NCBI GenBank assembly: GCA_030390025.1
Contig: CM059432.1
Location: 15,812,001 to 15,876,000 of the forward strand
DNA length: 64,000 bases
Direction: 5' to 3'
Origin: Squalus acanthias
Lineage: Eukaryota
The position numbers and the translations under genes are program-made. The notes under the pieces were generated by a model. The model searched no databases. It saw only the letters and a list, made by a program, of their open reading frames with translations, and was not told where the DNA came from. The first letter of the stretch is position 1; each line of letters begins with the position of its first letter. Below, piece after piece: positions 35,988 to 49,610 of this stretch.

Positions 35988-36767
35988 GTAATGTATAACC
36001 ACAGGCATCTGTTGTTTTCAAAGGATTTTTTTTTTTCATAAGCGTACTTCAATTAGTGCTCCTGCGCGCAACTTCGAGATAATTTGATATGTTGGAGATA
36101 AAAAGAAAGGGCAGTGAAGCTGAAACAATATCAGAAATACCAGAAAGTCTCAACAGGCCAGTCAGCATCTCGAAGAGAAACGATGGGTGGGGCATTAAGA
36201 TTGGAGCTCTCCGTTTAATATAAGAGCAGAATCAGTGAGACTGCGCTTCTGTAGCGGAGCCTTGCTACAGCCTGTCTAATGATGCTCCACTCGGGAACAC
36301 ACTCGTGCTGAATTTACCCCATAAAGTTGGCCCTTGTTGATGTAAGCATGCCAACATCTTAAAAAAAAAAAATGGATGCAGGCTTTTTACTTTGGTAAAA
36401 TCTGAAAGTTTAAAGGGCTTCTATATAATGCACATCTATCTCTTTTTAAAAAATTAAACCCCACTTCTGTTCGAAAAGAACAAAGGCTGAATTTGTCCCG
36501 TTTTTGCAGCTCAGCAGATCGGTTGAATAATAGGCTAATTTTTTCACCTTTTTAATTCTAGTGAATGAAGATGAGGGGGCGGGGGAGCTGGTTTTGAGTG
36601 TTTGTGTAGGGGTGACATCTCAAATACTTCCGAAGATAACCTCGATTGAATTATTTCAGCTTCTCAGTGTCAGCATCAAACAGTTCCCAGGTCAGCTGTA
36701 GGACGCGTTTAATTTCTGTAATGAAAAAGATGTTGAGGCGGCAGTACCTCTTCACTCTAAATTTAAT

Positions 36768-36943
36768 GGGGGGGTCATTTTAACTTTGGGCGATAATGTA
36801 AAATGGGGGCCCTCGAATTGACCGCCCATTATACGCCCCACCCGATTGACTTCAATGAAAAGAAAAATTGGCTGTGGCGTATAAAGAGGCGGCAAAATCG
36901 ATATCGTCCATTTGACACCATTGGCCGTAGGTAAAATTACCCC
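36768..36943. mobile_element. Short Harbinger-type MITE (relatives at about 11126-11244, 19438-19589, 30816-30997, 40130-40218, 40440-40620)
   Basis: GGGGTCATTTT ... AAAATTACCCC, TSD AAT, internal dyad around ttgacttcaat. Confidence 0.65.
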
Positions 36944-37247
36944 AATGTTTTCATGCTCCTAGTGCAGAGATAATCATGCTGTACAAAGGAAGTAAACAAC
37001 TGCCCTTGTAAATATACCTTAAATAAGTACAGATGAATGTGCTTTCAATATGTTTTAGTGCGATTGTGGACTATAAATATGTCCACGATTCCAAATTTAT
37101 TTACAACCAAGCTGCTTTATTTTCGATTTTTGTCTGAATAGTTCACCAAGGGCTTCTAACTGCTGTAAATATGTGAGGTTGTGACTGATCAATTGTTTTG
37201 TCTCGGCATCTTGTTACGTCCGTTTCTTTTCCCCTTTCTGTCGCCAG

Positions 37248-37334
37248 CTTTAGCCCCACGTGTGTATTAGAAGGTGCGAATGATTTCCGCTGTAACTCCT
37301 GCCTGCCTGGCTATGAAGGACAGTACTGTGAAAG
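37248..37334 (+). CDS. lama1: lama1 exon (LE), 87 nt, phase 2/2
   Basis: cgccag|C TTT...AG|gttggt; FSPTCVLEGANDFRCNSCLPGYEGQYCE(R). Confidence 0.95.
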
Positions 37335-37756
37335 GTTGGTTTCATTACTGCACAGCACGCCATCATTGCTACTGCTTTCCCCACACGTTTTGGAGGCCTG
37401 CACAGTCTTTGGGTGGCAGGTTTATCTGTTATATAAGTCGGCACGAATCCGAATATAATATTAAGATGAAAATGTCCCGCATTAATAAGTGTGTGCCATC
37501 TCGCGCTGAAATTAATGACCAAATCTGAACCGACCCAGAACAGTTACTTTTTATGGTGTTCGTGTAAAATTTCAATCGGAATTATGGTTTACAGAGGAAC
37601 AGTTAGCATGTTTTTATTAAATAAATTCACCCTTTTTTGTCGTGCGTGCCATTCTGCTTAAGAGTTGGTTGTAAACGGAAAAATACTTGAAAATCGAAAT
37701 ACCAATATTAAACACCGATTTGTTCTTTTCCATTTCTTCCCACTTTGTGTCTCTAG

Positions 37757-37950
37757 GTGCGCTCCCGGTTACTATGGTAACCCACGGGTATCGGGTGGTA
37801 GATGCCAGCAGTGTGAATGCAACCCCAGTGGCTCCGTCCACAGTAACTGCGATTCTCTAATGGGCCATTGCGTTTGTAAATCGGGTGTAACAGGTCATCT
37901 CTGCGATCAGTGTGAACCCAAACACGTACTGGTAGAAAGCGAATGCATAT
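37757..37950 (+). CDS. lama1: lama1 exon (last LE repeats), 194 nt, phase 2/1
   Basis: ctctag|G TGC...ATA T|gtatgt; CAPGYYGNPRVSGGRCQQCECNPSGSVHSNCDSLMGHCVCKSGVTGHLCDQCEPKHVLVESECI. Confidence 0.95.
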
Positions 37951-38569
37951 GTATGTACATCTATATCTTTTTAAAAATTTCTGTTGTTTGTATAAATTCG
38001 CTTTACAAAACCTTAGAGGGATACCATAGAATGAAGCCTCACATTGACCTTATTCTCAACCATTTTTTTTAGACAAAATTTGATCACAGGCCTTTTTGAA
38101 AAAATTAATATTACCAAGTGTGGAATTTAGCTATTCGGACTGAAAAGGCCACAGTGCTGCGATGGTTAATCTCAGCCATGGAAGCAGTAGGGTTGCTGCA
38201 ATTGGCCTTCGTGCCTCTATGTTAGGGAAAGGAGGCCAGGGTTCTCACTCCTGATTCTTACTGAAAGTTTGTGTGTGTGGCTCAGATATGAAGAATGCTG
38301 ACAGTAATAGATATCCATGGAACTGTAACCCCCTGCATGACTCAATGCTTTCAGGAGCTCAAAACTTTTTTTTACTTTCTGCTTACTTGCTTCTCAATTA
38401 CTGGCTTCATTGTTGGAGCTGTCACTGTTTCCAAGGTTGCACATGGAGAGTTGGCTTCCCAGCTCCTCGCACTGCTCCAATATGGTGTGTATTTTAGCGT
38501 AAAGGAGCTGCATGCATTTATTTTGTATATATGGTCGAATTATTAATGTTGTTATTGTACCACCAATAA

Positions 38570-38779
38570 CCCCAGAGAGCTGTGGATGCTCAGCCGTTGA
38601 GTATATTCAAGACAGAGATCGATAGATTTTTGGATATTAAGGGAATCAAGGGATATGGGGATAGTGCAGGAAACTGGAGATGAGGTAGAAGATCAGCCAT
38701 GATCTTATTGAATGGCAGAGCAGGCTCGAGGGGCCAAATGGCCTACTCCTGCTCCTATTTCTTCTGTTCTTATGTTCTT
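38570..38779 (+). mobile_element. CR1 3' end fragment
   Basis: Same 3' UTR and TTCTTATG tail as 626-1000. Confidence 0.88.
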
Positions 38780-39464
38780 AATCTACCGGATGTATAGATA
38801 TATTTATAGATTTATCTATATACAATAAATCTACATATGTGAAAAGCACCTACAAATGCTAATAGGGAAACTGTAGCTACAGCCATAAGTTTCCATCCAA
38901 CTGCAGTCTGACCGTATTTCCTAGTTAGCATGGAGTAAAGTAATTTACTTTAGCGCTAAAGCTCCAATGTGGTTGCAAAGCTGCGAAGGAAACAAGATGG
39001 TATCAGTGTAGCTGGAGGTAGGTCTTGGCCCCAATAGAGGCAACGTTGACCCATGCCACCAACAACACACCCACCTCTAAAGGCAAGATAAAAACGATGC
39101 CATTGGGGATTTTGAGCGCAGTGGACTGAGTGACTGAGCCACTTGTGCCGATCCTGTGCGTGACAGCGACGATGTCTTCCTGCAGCTGGTCTGTGCAGAT
39201 GATCTCCTCCAGAGGCGAGTGCACATGTGGAGCACTGGGAGCTGCAGCCCAGTGAACTCCAGATGTAGCACGAGTCTCAGCGGAGTAACAGCTCTGCCTC
39301 CGTCATTCCCGGCCCGCAATTTTCACTCCGTTGAAGTGAACGGGAAGAAAATGATGGGATGGCAAGCGCAAAAGTGGAATTTCTGCCGCGTTAGTTGCCT
39401 CCCGTCATTGCCGCTGACCTGGAGGGAGCTTATCTCAGTCAAAAATTTTGAAGTGTTGTAAACA

Positions 39465-39890
39465 TACGAACATATGGGAAAGAAGAACAGAAGAAGACCC
39501 AACCAGCCCATTCCGACATGATGCAGCCTACACGCACCATCAACCTCTCCCACCCACAACATGCAATCTCCTGGGAGAAGCAAAAAAATAAACGCAAAAC
39601 CGTACTCCCATCTTGAAAAAAATGCTGGGATACTTCTACTTGATCCTCAAGGACCACCATTAACCAGAGCCAGACCTTCCAACTACCTTCTGTAAATGGA
39701 GACATCCTTGACTCTCAGGAACCTGTCTAGTTTCCTTTTGAGTATGTTTTGGTAATTATTCCAGAGGGCACTGACTGTTTGACTCTTTGAAAAGAAATAC
39801 ATTCTGGCATCTCACAAAACTCTCTGTTTGCTGATATGTTATACTGATGTCCCTTAGTTCTCCCATCCCTATCTAGTTCAAATAACCAAA
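39465..39890 (-). mobile_element. Ancient CR1-like 3' end with a long UTR (related fragment at about 48100-48330)
   Basis: Minus-strand RTKGHQY...MYFF remnant; shared motif gcaatctcc(t/g)gggagaagca. Confidence 0.55.
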
Positions 39891-41596
39891 CAAAAAGAAA
39901 ACATTTGCAGGGCTATGGGGAAAGAGCGGAGGAGTGCATTACATAGGACATACAGCACAGGAACACAAGAAATTACTGTGCACAGTAGTGATTTTAATGC
40001 AGGAATGTGTTTGTTCTTATGATTTGACTTTGTCTGCTCTTCTTGAATTATGTCGACCTGTGTGGAAAAATGTCCTGGCTTGTTTTAGTTTTTCAGAGTT
40101 ACTTTTAATTCAGTCAGTAATCTTATGACGTGGAAATGAAAATTGGGAGATGTGTATAGTGTGCGGCTGATCTGATAGTACTCGTTTTACACTCTCGGCC
40201 AAAGTCAAAATGACCCCCAATTAGTTTTTTTTAAAAGCTAGCTGTAGTCCGAATCTTGCCCTAAATGTTGCAAGTTTTATCACTTGTCTGCAAAGCTTGA
40301 GAGAGGGGCCAGGCTACTTTCAAAAGAGACATGGACTGTGCATTCTGTTCAGTTATGTTCATGACGGCCAGTTATTTTTGACTGGGGCCAACAGTTATTC
40401 AGCAATATTTAAGGAGCTGTAGCGATTTGAACCTTCAGCCCCCATTTTCACCTTTCCCGTTCAGCAGGAATGGGGCGGTTTCGAGTCGGGCGCCCGTTTT
40501 ACACCCCGTCCAATCTTACCCAACATTGAACTCAGTGGAGAGCGAAACCGGGCGGGCTTTAAAACGGGCGTCCATCCCGAACCCACCTGGTTTACGGCAC
40601 GTGGGTTAAGTTAAAATTGGAGTTTTTTTTGTAGTCTGTTTGGAACACCCAAGAGATATAGTTAAGGCCAGCACAGCTCCTGCAGAGGTCAGAAATACAA
40701 GGAAAAAGAAACACTGTATAAAAGTTACTTACCAAAAAAAACAACTTTGCATTCAGATTACGACCTTTTAATGTTTTCCTTATGGAGCAGTAAGTTAAAA
40801 GGATTTCTACTGTAAATATACATGTGTATTGTATTACTATTACTTATCTTTTTGTTCATTTTTGTTAACCAAATTTGCCTAATAGTTTAAGCCTAAAACA
40901 AGGTCTGATGTGACCCTCTATGACTTATTGAAGGTGGAGGGGAGGGGGAGAGGGAGAGGGTGGCTGGGGGAGGGGGAATTCCTATGTAGGATAATTCCAG
41001 GACCTAAAATTAACAGAAGGGTCATTTGTTCATTATCCCAAATACTTTGCCAAAAGATTACCTAGATATCAAGGCCGGTGAAGATACTCTCGAAGGAAGT
41101 GGGGCTCACCTATGAGAATGATCTGAAGTATGGAGGCTGAAAGATGTAGAGTACGAAAGATATGAAGGAGCCAAAATCATAATGGCTGGTTTAAAATAAA
41201 CGAGTTTACTCCTCCGTTAAAAAGAGCAGAGGAAGGAACATCATGCAAACACATTATAGTGTTGATTCCATGGTCCGGTGCTCCCAATGAGGAGCAGTGC
41301 CCGTGGGGAGTGAATCATGGATGTGCCAAATCACAGAATTATCCCTTAAATACCTAATATCACACTTGGTCATTTCTACAGTAAGACAAGGATGCAGTTT
41401 TACACTTGGAAATAATTTTTTTTTTACCTCAACCAGCAAGCTAATTGAAGCTGGAAAAATACAACTTTATTTCTCCAGCATTTTTATGATCAGGCAACAA
41501 AGCCATCACAGAAGTATGTTGTAGCTATTTTAGATTTTTGAATTTTAACATATCTTTGTTTTTGGTCTTCAACATTTGCCACCCCTTTTCCACCAG

Positions 41597-41739
41597 CTTG
41601 TGATGATGACTGCACAGGACTCCTGCTATCTGACCTCGACAACCTGGAAGCCATTTTGACGACATTTAACCTGACAGGGTTTGATCCAGCTCCCTATAAT
41701 CTTTTTACCGCCATAGAAAACAGTACAAAGCAATACAAG
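41597..41739 (+). CDS. lama1: lama1 exon (start of coiled coil, inter-chain CxxxC), 143 nt, phase 1/0
   Basis: caccag|CT TGT...AAG|gtgaga; (S)CDDDCTGLLLSDLDNLEAILTTFNLTGFDPAPYNLFTAIENSTKQYK. Confidence 0.94.
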
Positions 41740-42473
41740 GTGAGATATTTAAACACGCTTCTATGTCGGTGACTTGCATTCAGGTTGGATGAGACCTACT
41801 GTCGACACATTTAGCACAGATCAGAATGCACTAACAGAGTACTAAAGTAGAGGATTCTACCCGTTAGTGTCATATGCCAGTGTTTCCAAAGAGACTGGGT
41901 TTTAATGCAGGTTTAAATAAATGGAGTTGGATGGTAACCTAACGGCACGGCAAGATTTCTACCATTGTAAATACTGGAATGTATAATGCATAAAGAAAAT
42001 CTGGGTAAAATATTGAAAAAGATTGTAGTGTTGTCATTTCTTGTCACAAGGTATTGATACAGGTGATGATATCGTCATAATACATGTATCCACCTCATTG
42101 ACGTAACACAAAATGAAGCATTTTATGGCCATAGTGAAAGTCACAGATTGATACTGTAGCATAGCATGTTCTATACCTTGCAGACTAACCCTTAGCTGGG
42201 AGGGACTAAAAGCTGTGACACAATGTCCAAGTTCGGATGTTTAATGTAAAGAATATTCTCTGGTTTTTACATAGATGTGAAGAGCTGTCCGTTCTCATCC
42301 AAGGATGGTATTTCCACTCACTATTGAGTCCTGACTCTATTTAAGGTTGGCGAGGGTGGACAGAACCTTAATAGACCACGCAGAAAGAAATATTTGAGGG
42401 CTCCATGAAACTAAAGCTAGCAGCACAGTTTAGATGTACAGACTGGTAATCATACAGACTGTTTCTATAGGAA

Positions 42474-43153
42474 TTTTTTTTTTTATTCGTTTAATGGGAT
42501 GTGGGCATCGCTGGCAAGGCCAGCATTTATAGCCCATTCCCTAATTGCCCTTGAGAAGGTGGTGGTGAGCCGCCTTCTTGAACCGCTGCAGTCCGTGTGG
42601 TGAAGGTACTCCCACAGTGCTGTTAAGTAGGGAGTTCCAAGATTTTGACCCAGCGACGATGAAGGATCGGCGATATACTTCTAAGTCAGAATGGTGTGTG
42701 ACTTGGAGGGGAACGTGGAGGTGGCGGTATTCCCATGCACCTGCTGCCCTTGTCCTTCTAGGTGGAAGAGGTCGTGGGTTTCGGAGTTGCTGCCGAAGAA
42801 GCCTTGGCGAGTTGCTGTAGTGCATCTTATAGATGGTACACTCTGCAGCCACGGTGCGCTGGTGGTGGAGGGAGTGAATGTTTAAGGTGTTGGTTGGGTT
42901 GCCAATCAAGCAGGCTGCTTTGTCCTGGATGGTGTCGCGCTTCTTGAGTGTTGTTGGAGCTGCACTCATCCAGGCAAGTGGAGAGTATTCCATCACACTC
43001 CTTACTTGTGCCTTGTAGATGGTGGAAAGGCTTTGGGGAGTCAGGAGGTGAGACACTCGCCGCAGAATACCTAGCCTCTGACCTGCTCTTGTTGCCATAG
43101 TATTTATGTGGCATAGTATTTATGTGGCTGGTCCAGTTAAGTTTCTGGTCAAT
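42474..43153 (-). mobile_element. LINE (second family) 3' fragment
   Basis: ORF 42541..43098; internal 16-bp tandem duplication catagtatttatgtgg. Confidence 0.88.
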
Positions 43154-43400
43154 GGAATATACTTACAGCAGAATTCCTTGTTTGACATAATGCTAACAAT
43201 GAAACAGTGACAACCAACAATCTGAAACTTGCAGGCCTTTTCATGTTTCTGGAGCTAATTTATATGTAAGAACAACAATGAGGCTGCAAGTTTCTGCTGT
43301 ACTTTAGCACAGAATCACTTATGAGGTACTCAGATGACCATTTTAAGGCAGGTATCAGACTGGAAGGATTTCATGGTAGATTCAGCAATATTCAAAATCT

Positions 43401-43728
43401 CCGTCTTTCAGATGAGACGTTAAACCGAGGCCCCGTCTGCTCTCTCAGGTGGACGTAAAAGATCCCATGGCACTATTTCGAAGAAGAGCAGGGGAGTTAT
43501 CCCCGGTGTCCTGGCCAATATTTATCCCTCAACCAACATAACAAAAACAGATTATCTGGTCATTATCACATTGCTGTTTGTGGGACCTTGCTGTGCACAA
43601 ATTAGCTGCTGCATTTCCCACATTACAACAGTGACTCCACTTCAAAAGTACTTCATTGACTGTAAAGCGCTTTGAGACGTCCGGTGGTCGTGAAAGGCGC
43701 TATATAAATGCAAGTCTTTCTTTCTTTC
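43401..43728 (+). mobile_element. SacSINE1-like DeuSINE, 5'-truncated
   Basis: Deu core and gaaaggcgctatataaatgcaagtctttc tail. Confidence 0.88.
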
Positions 43729-44672
43729 ACATACAAAGCAAACTTTAATGACGAGATGCTGAATTAAATGCATGGGCGTCTTTGCAAACTGCTTAATGTC
43801 TCTTGTAAAACACTGCTTAATGAGATTTGAAACTGTTCCTTTTATAGTCTTCCCCTTGGTGACTTATTGTTTTTTCATTAATATTTCAGTGACTAGTTTA
43901 CCAGTTGCAATTACTGTAAAACATGTCATGTCAAACAAAAAAGGCTGCAGGATGACAAAAAATAGGTATTCACTCTGGGAAAACTTCCCCTCACAATGAT
44001 ATTGCAGAAGGGGCGGTAAATCCTATCACTAGATCGGACCATATGCTGTCAGTCCATAAGGGTTTCTGTGTTAACTGAAGACAGATGTTCTCTGGGAATG
44101 ACAACAGGAGCAGCAATTTCCACGTGGAATAAATTTCTCAAATGCTGAAATCGGTTAATGTGGAACAGCTGGAGCTCTTGTGTTCTCGGATGTTGAATGC
44201 AAACAGCTTGAAGAGCTCTCGGCAAGAGATTTGCTAATGTAGATTCATCGTGCTTGAACTTTCAACTTTTTACTAAAATAATTGAGCTCAACTTGACGTA
44301 ACATTTACAATTACCCAAATTGTTTTTTGCAGCAGTAGGGATTCTCCTGCCAACACATGAGGAAAATGTAAAGTAGGCATTAAATGTGTTTCCCATTTCA
44401 TTCAGTGCACCTAACTTGAAAACGCTCAGCTGCCAGTGTTTAATTAAAATGATTAGTCGCCGGTTAGAAGTGTATTATTGGACAACAGTTTGATCCATTC
44501 TTGAAACATTTGGTGGGTTATTCTTCAACGCTGCAATCCTATGGAATAGACCTCACAGAAGTCACTTAGGTCTCTGCTCCTTTTTAACCTTCTATACCGT
44601 TTCAATATAGCCAAGTTGTTCTAAAATATATGGCTGTCTGGAAATAGAACAGAGGGGAAAGTAGTACAAGCA

Positions 44673-45121
44673 TGTCAGCCGTGGCGCAGTGGTAGCATTC
44701 TCGCCTCTGAGTCAGAAGGTTGTGGGTTTAAGTCCCACTTTTTAGGGATTTGAGCACAAATATTTAGGCTGGCACTACTGAGGGAGCGCTGCACTGTCGG
44801 AGGTGCTGTCTTTCGGATGAGATGTTAAACCGAGGCCCCGTCTACTCTCTCAGGTGAACGCAAAAGATCCCATGGCACCATTTTCGGGAAGAGCCGGGGG
44901 AGTTCTCCCCAGTGTCCTGGTCAATATATATCCCTCAACCAACATCACTAAAACAGATTATCTAGTCATCTAGTGGGAGCTTGCTGTGTACAAATTGGCT
45001 GCCGCATTTCCTACATTACAACAGTGACTACACTTCAAAAGTATTTCATTGGCTGTAAAGCGCTTTGGGAGGTCTTGAGGTCATGAAAGGCGCTATACAA
45101 ATGCAAGTCTTTCGTTCTTTC
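44673..45121 (+). mobile_element. SacSINE1-like DeuSINE, full length
   Basis: tRNA-like A box (tggcgcagtgg) and B-box-like gggtttaagtccc, Deu core, tail. Confidence 0.88.
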
Positions 45122-45937
45122 ATACCTGAGCTTTACCAATGGAAATGATAGCCCACATAATCTAGCTCTAAGCAGAAGGAGCTCAGGGAGTTTGAGACCC
45201 AATGCTGCTTGTCAATCACGTCTGCATTGTAAATTTAACCTTGTGGAAATATAGTAACCAGATAAATGCTGCAATATTTTAATAATTGTTTTAAATTGTA
45301 ATAATATTATTAAAGTTTCATTTCTGAAATAGAGTTAATATTGTTTTTTCCTTTTCCAATTTTCTGCCCTGCTTTCCTGAATGCTGTGATACATTCCTCT
45401 GCATGTCAGCAGCCTCCAGTATTATGCCCAAGTATCCAACCGTCACGCGTGAACCGATACAGTGAACATTAGCAAACTAGTCAACCGCAGGGGGGGCATC
45501 CCATCCGTGATGTCAACATGTACATTTAGCAGCAGGGCTCACTGGATTGTGATCTGGAAGGAGTGTCCTGACTGATTACTCCCCTTCCTGGGGGCACCGG
45601 TTGCAGAATTCCCAACCACTGTCCTGGCTGAGATCGGCCCGCTCAGGGATCAAGGGAAATCATGTGGAACTTAACAATTATTTACACCCATTGTGTGGAA
45701 ACAAACTGAGGTGAAAATCAAACCAAGACTGAGCCGCATATTTCGTAACTGGTTTTAAAGATGTTAAGGAGCTCTTGATGTCTTGCATTTCTTGCTCTGT
45801 CTCTTGGGTTTGCATTATGCTCATTAGATAGTCAGGCTTACTAAAATAAACTGTAGAAACTAAAATCTTATTTAGTGGATATGACTCAGTGGCTTAGACT
45901 GTGCCTAAGATGGTTTTATTTATTGGTTTTCGCACAG

Positions 45938-46036
45938 ATTGCTCTGTCGCCAGAATGGGACACAAGTGCCCTCGTTGTGAAGGTAGAAGAACAGATGTCT
46001 GGTTTGGCCTCGGGGATCAGTCGCTTACAGCAGAAG
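45938..46036 (+). CDS. lama1: lama1 exon (coiled coil), 99 nt, phase 0/0
   Basis: gcacag|ATT...AAG|gtaaac; IALSPEWDTSALVVKVEEQMSGLASGISRLQQK. Sequence is divergent, but phase and position fit. Confidence 0.85.
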
Positions 46037-46554
46037 GTAAACCAAAACCAAAATAAATCCTTGTCTCATTCTCAGTTAAAGTTGGCAACATATGATTGAG
46101 CAAGTGACGTTTGGTCTCTGTTCACAGCTGGTAAAGTGCCAGGCAGTGTAGAGCAGAGTTTCTGAAACTGGGGTCCGCAAACTAAACCGCCCCTGTCACA
46201 AGTTTCATATGAAACATATTGAAATAAAAAGGTTTCTAACCGGAGACCGCTTCAATAATGATAAACTAAATATTAACACTAATAATAACCTTCCCCCACC
46301 AACCAACCAACCACCAATCTCGATAAGCACCGCCTCTCTGCACACTGATTGGTTGGAAAGCTCCAGACAGGAACAGCGATTCACCAGTTATTGGTTCTTT
46401 GACCCGTCAATCATGCGACACGCTAACATCCGGTTTGTGGAGAGGAATAGATCGAATCGGACTTTTAAAAACTAGGCTTAGGTTTTAACCAATGGAAACA
46501 ACTCTGTAATTATTGTAATAAACACACTCACACACCTGTATATAAATCATTAAT

Positions 46555-47319
46555 GGCCCAGAAATTAAACATCGATGGTTCCCGCAGGGGTAAGGATTCC
46601 CCGCGATATCGCACTCCGCGCCTACCTTTTTGTTTGGGGCCCACACGAACTTTAGTTTCAGAGCCTCTTCTTGTTGCAACCGCGCAGTGTGTGCATATCC
46701 CAGAGGCGCAATTAGTTCGTGCGAGCTCTGGGATCACGTGATTCAGTTAGAGCCAATGGCAGCACACCATCTTTCATTCATAGTTTTGACAGCAAGAGCT
46801 GTCAAAGCTATGAATACTACAAACCCCCAAAAGAACAGCTAAACCTCAATTAAATTTAAAAAAAAAGCCATCACATTAATAAAATAAGTATAGTTAAATA
46901 AATTAACCACTTTAAACAAAAAATTAAATTTTTGAAAAAATTTAAAATCTTTTTAAAAGTTATAAAAATAAACTTACCTTTCTTTAAAGTCTCTAAAAAA
47001 GATAAACCTGTTGAAATTTTTTTTAAATAACACTTAATTAACTACTTACCTTGTTAAAAGGGGGTCCTACACCTGCTTTCTTTATGTGTAAAATCTTCAC
47101 CACTTACCTGCGCGTTCAAAGCTGAAAAAAAAACTAAGTGCACTGCGTGCGCACAACCTGTAGCGCGCACGCGGTTCACTTAGGAACTGCCCCCTTTGCA
47201 ATTCACGAAGTGCCGGTTTCCCGCGCATGCGCAGTGCATGCAGGAAACCGGCAATTCGGGATCTAATACGCGAGAGTACACAGTGCGTACTCTCGCGTAT
47301 TAGGTTTAATTTTCGGGCC
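46555..47319. mobile_element. Harbinger-type MITE nested in the hAT element
   Basis: GGCCCAGAAATTAAAC ... GTTTAATTTTCGGGCC, TSD AAT. Confidence 0.78.
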
Positions 47320-47391
47320 AATATGTTTTTTAAAAATCCATAAAATGACCCCACCCCTTTTCCTGATTGGTGAGAGACCAATTGTTGGAGA

Positions 47392-47712
47392 GGGCAACAC
47401 GGTGGCATAGTGGTTAGCACTGTTGCCTCACAGCGCCAGTGACCCGGGTTTGAATCCGGCCTCGGGTGACTGTCTGTGTGGAGTTTGCACATTCTCCCCA
47501 TGTCTACGTGGGTTTCCTCCGGGTGCTCCGGTTTCCTCCCACAGTCCAAAGATGTGCGGGTTAGGTTGATTTGGCTATGATAAATTGACCCTTAGTGTTA
47601 GGGGGGGATTAAATACGTGGGGTTACGGGGATAGGGTGGGATACGTGTCGGTGCAGGCTCGATGGGCCGAAATGGCCTCTATCTGCACTGTGGGGATTCT
47701 GTGATTCTGTGA
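47392..47712 (+). mobile_element. HE1-like V-SINE (tRNA head, V domain, CR1-type tail)
   Basis: ggtggcatagtggttagcac head; gtgtggagtttgcacattctcccc...gggtttcctccgggtgctccggtttcctccc V core; (ATTCTGTG)n tail, also present as an isolated minus fragment at 10889-10945. Confidence 0.88.
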
Positions 47713-49132
47713 GCGTTGATTGGATAAAGTAGCTGTCAATCATTTACGAGTGTTATTGTCAAACATCACACCAAGGATAGGCAGACTCTGAAGCAGGCAC
47801 ATCCATCTCACTGATATCTGTAAGTAAATACCTGTTTCCTTAAAAGCATTATTAAAACACTCTTTACATGCAGCACTTTCATATTCCGAGTATTATAATT
47901 TAGATGGCGGGGTCCGTGATTACTAATCCATTTGAAAAGGGGTCCTTTAACCAAAAAAGTTTGAGAACCACTGGTTTAGAGCTCCTTATCTGGAAGCCCC
48001 AGGTATTTAACCAATTCAACTCGCTGAAAAACATAACGGGCCAGAGTAGAACCCCACAATCACTGGATATCTAAGGGCCGGCTGAGGGGAAAGATATGAA
48101 TGTATGAAACAAGACAGGAAGAGACCAATTGATCCATCAAACCCGTCACATTCTGACACAGTGCAACATCTTCCCAGCCCATCCCCTGCCAAGCAATCTC
48201 CGGGGAGAAGCAGAAACACCAGAGGGGGAAAAAACCTTCGGAAAAATAGGAAAAAGCTCTTTACAAATTCCTCCCCAATCACTGAAGACAATCAAGTGAG
48301 CCCCAGGAGACTGCGGTGACTGATATCACTAGTGGCAGCTAACCCGCTTCGATAACTCAAGAAATAGTGACAAGTTGCTCAAGGTCTCAGTGTTAATGCC
48401 TAAGAAGCCAGCAGAGAGAAGCATTTAACGAGTTGCCGACGGCTCAGTGTAATGGTTCCAGGTCTTGGCAGCAAGATCTACGACTTTCGGCTGGATTGTT
48501 TGGCAGACTGATATGACTACATTTAGAAATACTCCTACGGGAGCTGCAGCAACAGTTACTGCAATTACTTTTTGGCAGGAAAGGTATTTTGGATGGATAG
48601 GCAGAGTAACTGCTGGAATCTTTTGAGAAAAAAAACCCTCCGAACATGTGTGCTGTGATAGGGATGGCTGTGAAAAGCCTTTGAAGAAATCCGCTCGCTG
48701 TACTTGACAGGCTGCGCCTACGCTGGCTTTGCTGCAGCCTATTCCTGGCGCCACCCAGAGTTTCCTGGGTGTCATGCCCTGTATCGCTGCCCCCAATTTG
48801 TCTCGCCCTGTATGAATGGGAGGTCCACCTGGAGGTAGTTGGGTGTAGTTCCAGAAGTTGGGTGTGTGTGTGGAGGTAGACCAGTTGTCAGGTTGATGCT
48901 CAAGGACTGGCTGAGTCAGCTTGGAGGCTGGACAGTTTCTTCTTTTTTCGAGGTTTCTGTCGACGTTTCATCCATTTCATCGGATCCTGCCAGTCGTCCA
49001 GAGGACACGGGCAGACGGAGCTAAAGGGACACGAGTAACCCTTCATGGCACAGCAAGCGGTGTTCCTGAAATGAGAAATGTGAAATGAGCAGGAACAAGA
49101 TCACACTGCCTTACAGGAAGGGTCACTTCTCA

Positions 49133-49610
49133 CATAAAAACAGAAAATGCTGGAAACACTCAGCAGATCAGGCAGCATCTGTGGAGAGACAACAGAGTTA
49201 ACATTTCAGGTCGATGCCATTTCATTCTCTTCTCACAGTTCAGAACTAAAAATTGCATTCGACTGGTTATTAAAGGATCTCGAACTAGATCCGGTGGCCG
49301 ATTATTAATTCCCACACTGCATTCACTTGTAATGCCTACGTTACAACAGTGATTACATTTAAGGTGCCAGAGAGTGGTGAACCTGTGGAATTCTCTACCA
49401 CAGAAGGCAGTGGAGGCCAATTCATTAAATATATTCAAGAAGGAGTTAGATATATTTCTTAAGGCTAAAGGGATCAAGGGATATGGGGAGAAGGCAGGGA
49501 CAGGGTACTGAATTTGGATGATCAGCCATGATCTCATTAAATGGCGGAGCAGGCTCGAGGGGCCGAATGGCCTACTCCTGCTCCTATCTTCTATGCTTCT
49601 ATATAAATGC
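49133..49610. mobile_element. Degenerate Penelope-like end (about 49133-49250, minus) followed by a CR1 3' fragment (about 49365-49600, plus)
   Basis: aaaacagaaaatgctggaaacactcagcag...gagttaacatttcaggtcgatg with a broken hammerhead; then RVVNLWNSLPQKAVEANSLNIFKK. Confidence 0.8.

Larger units (their letters stand above)
46154..47973. mobile_element. hAT (Charlie/Buster-like) non-autonomous element with two nested insertions
   Basis: Ends CAGAGTTTCTGAAACT ... AGTTTGAGAACCACTG; 8-bp TSD GTGTAGAG (46146-46153) / GTTTAGAG (47974-47981) with central TA. Confidence 0.75.

Noticed and set aside
44673..44745. tRNA gene candidates (also at 12389, 47392, 62386)
   Set aside because: The A/B-box heads run directly into SINE bodies repeated across the window; they are SINE heads, not tRNA genes.
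49190..49250. Fourth hammerhead ribozyme
   Set aside because: Homologous position, but the CUGANGA core is disrupted and stem III is mutated; not expected to fold.
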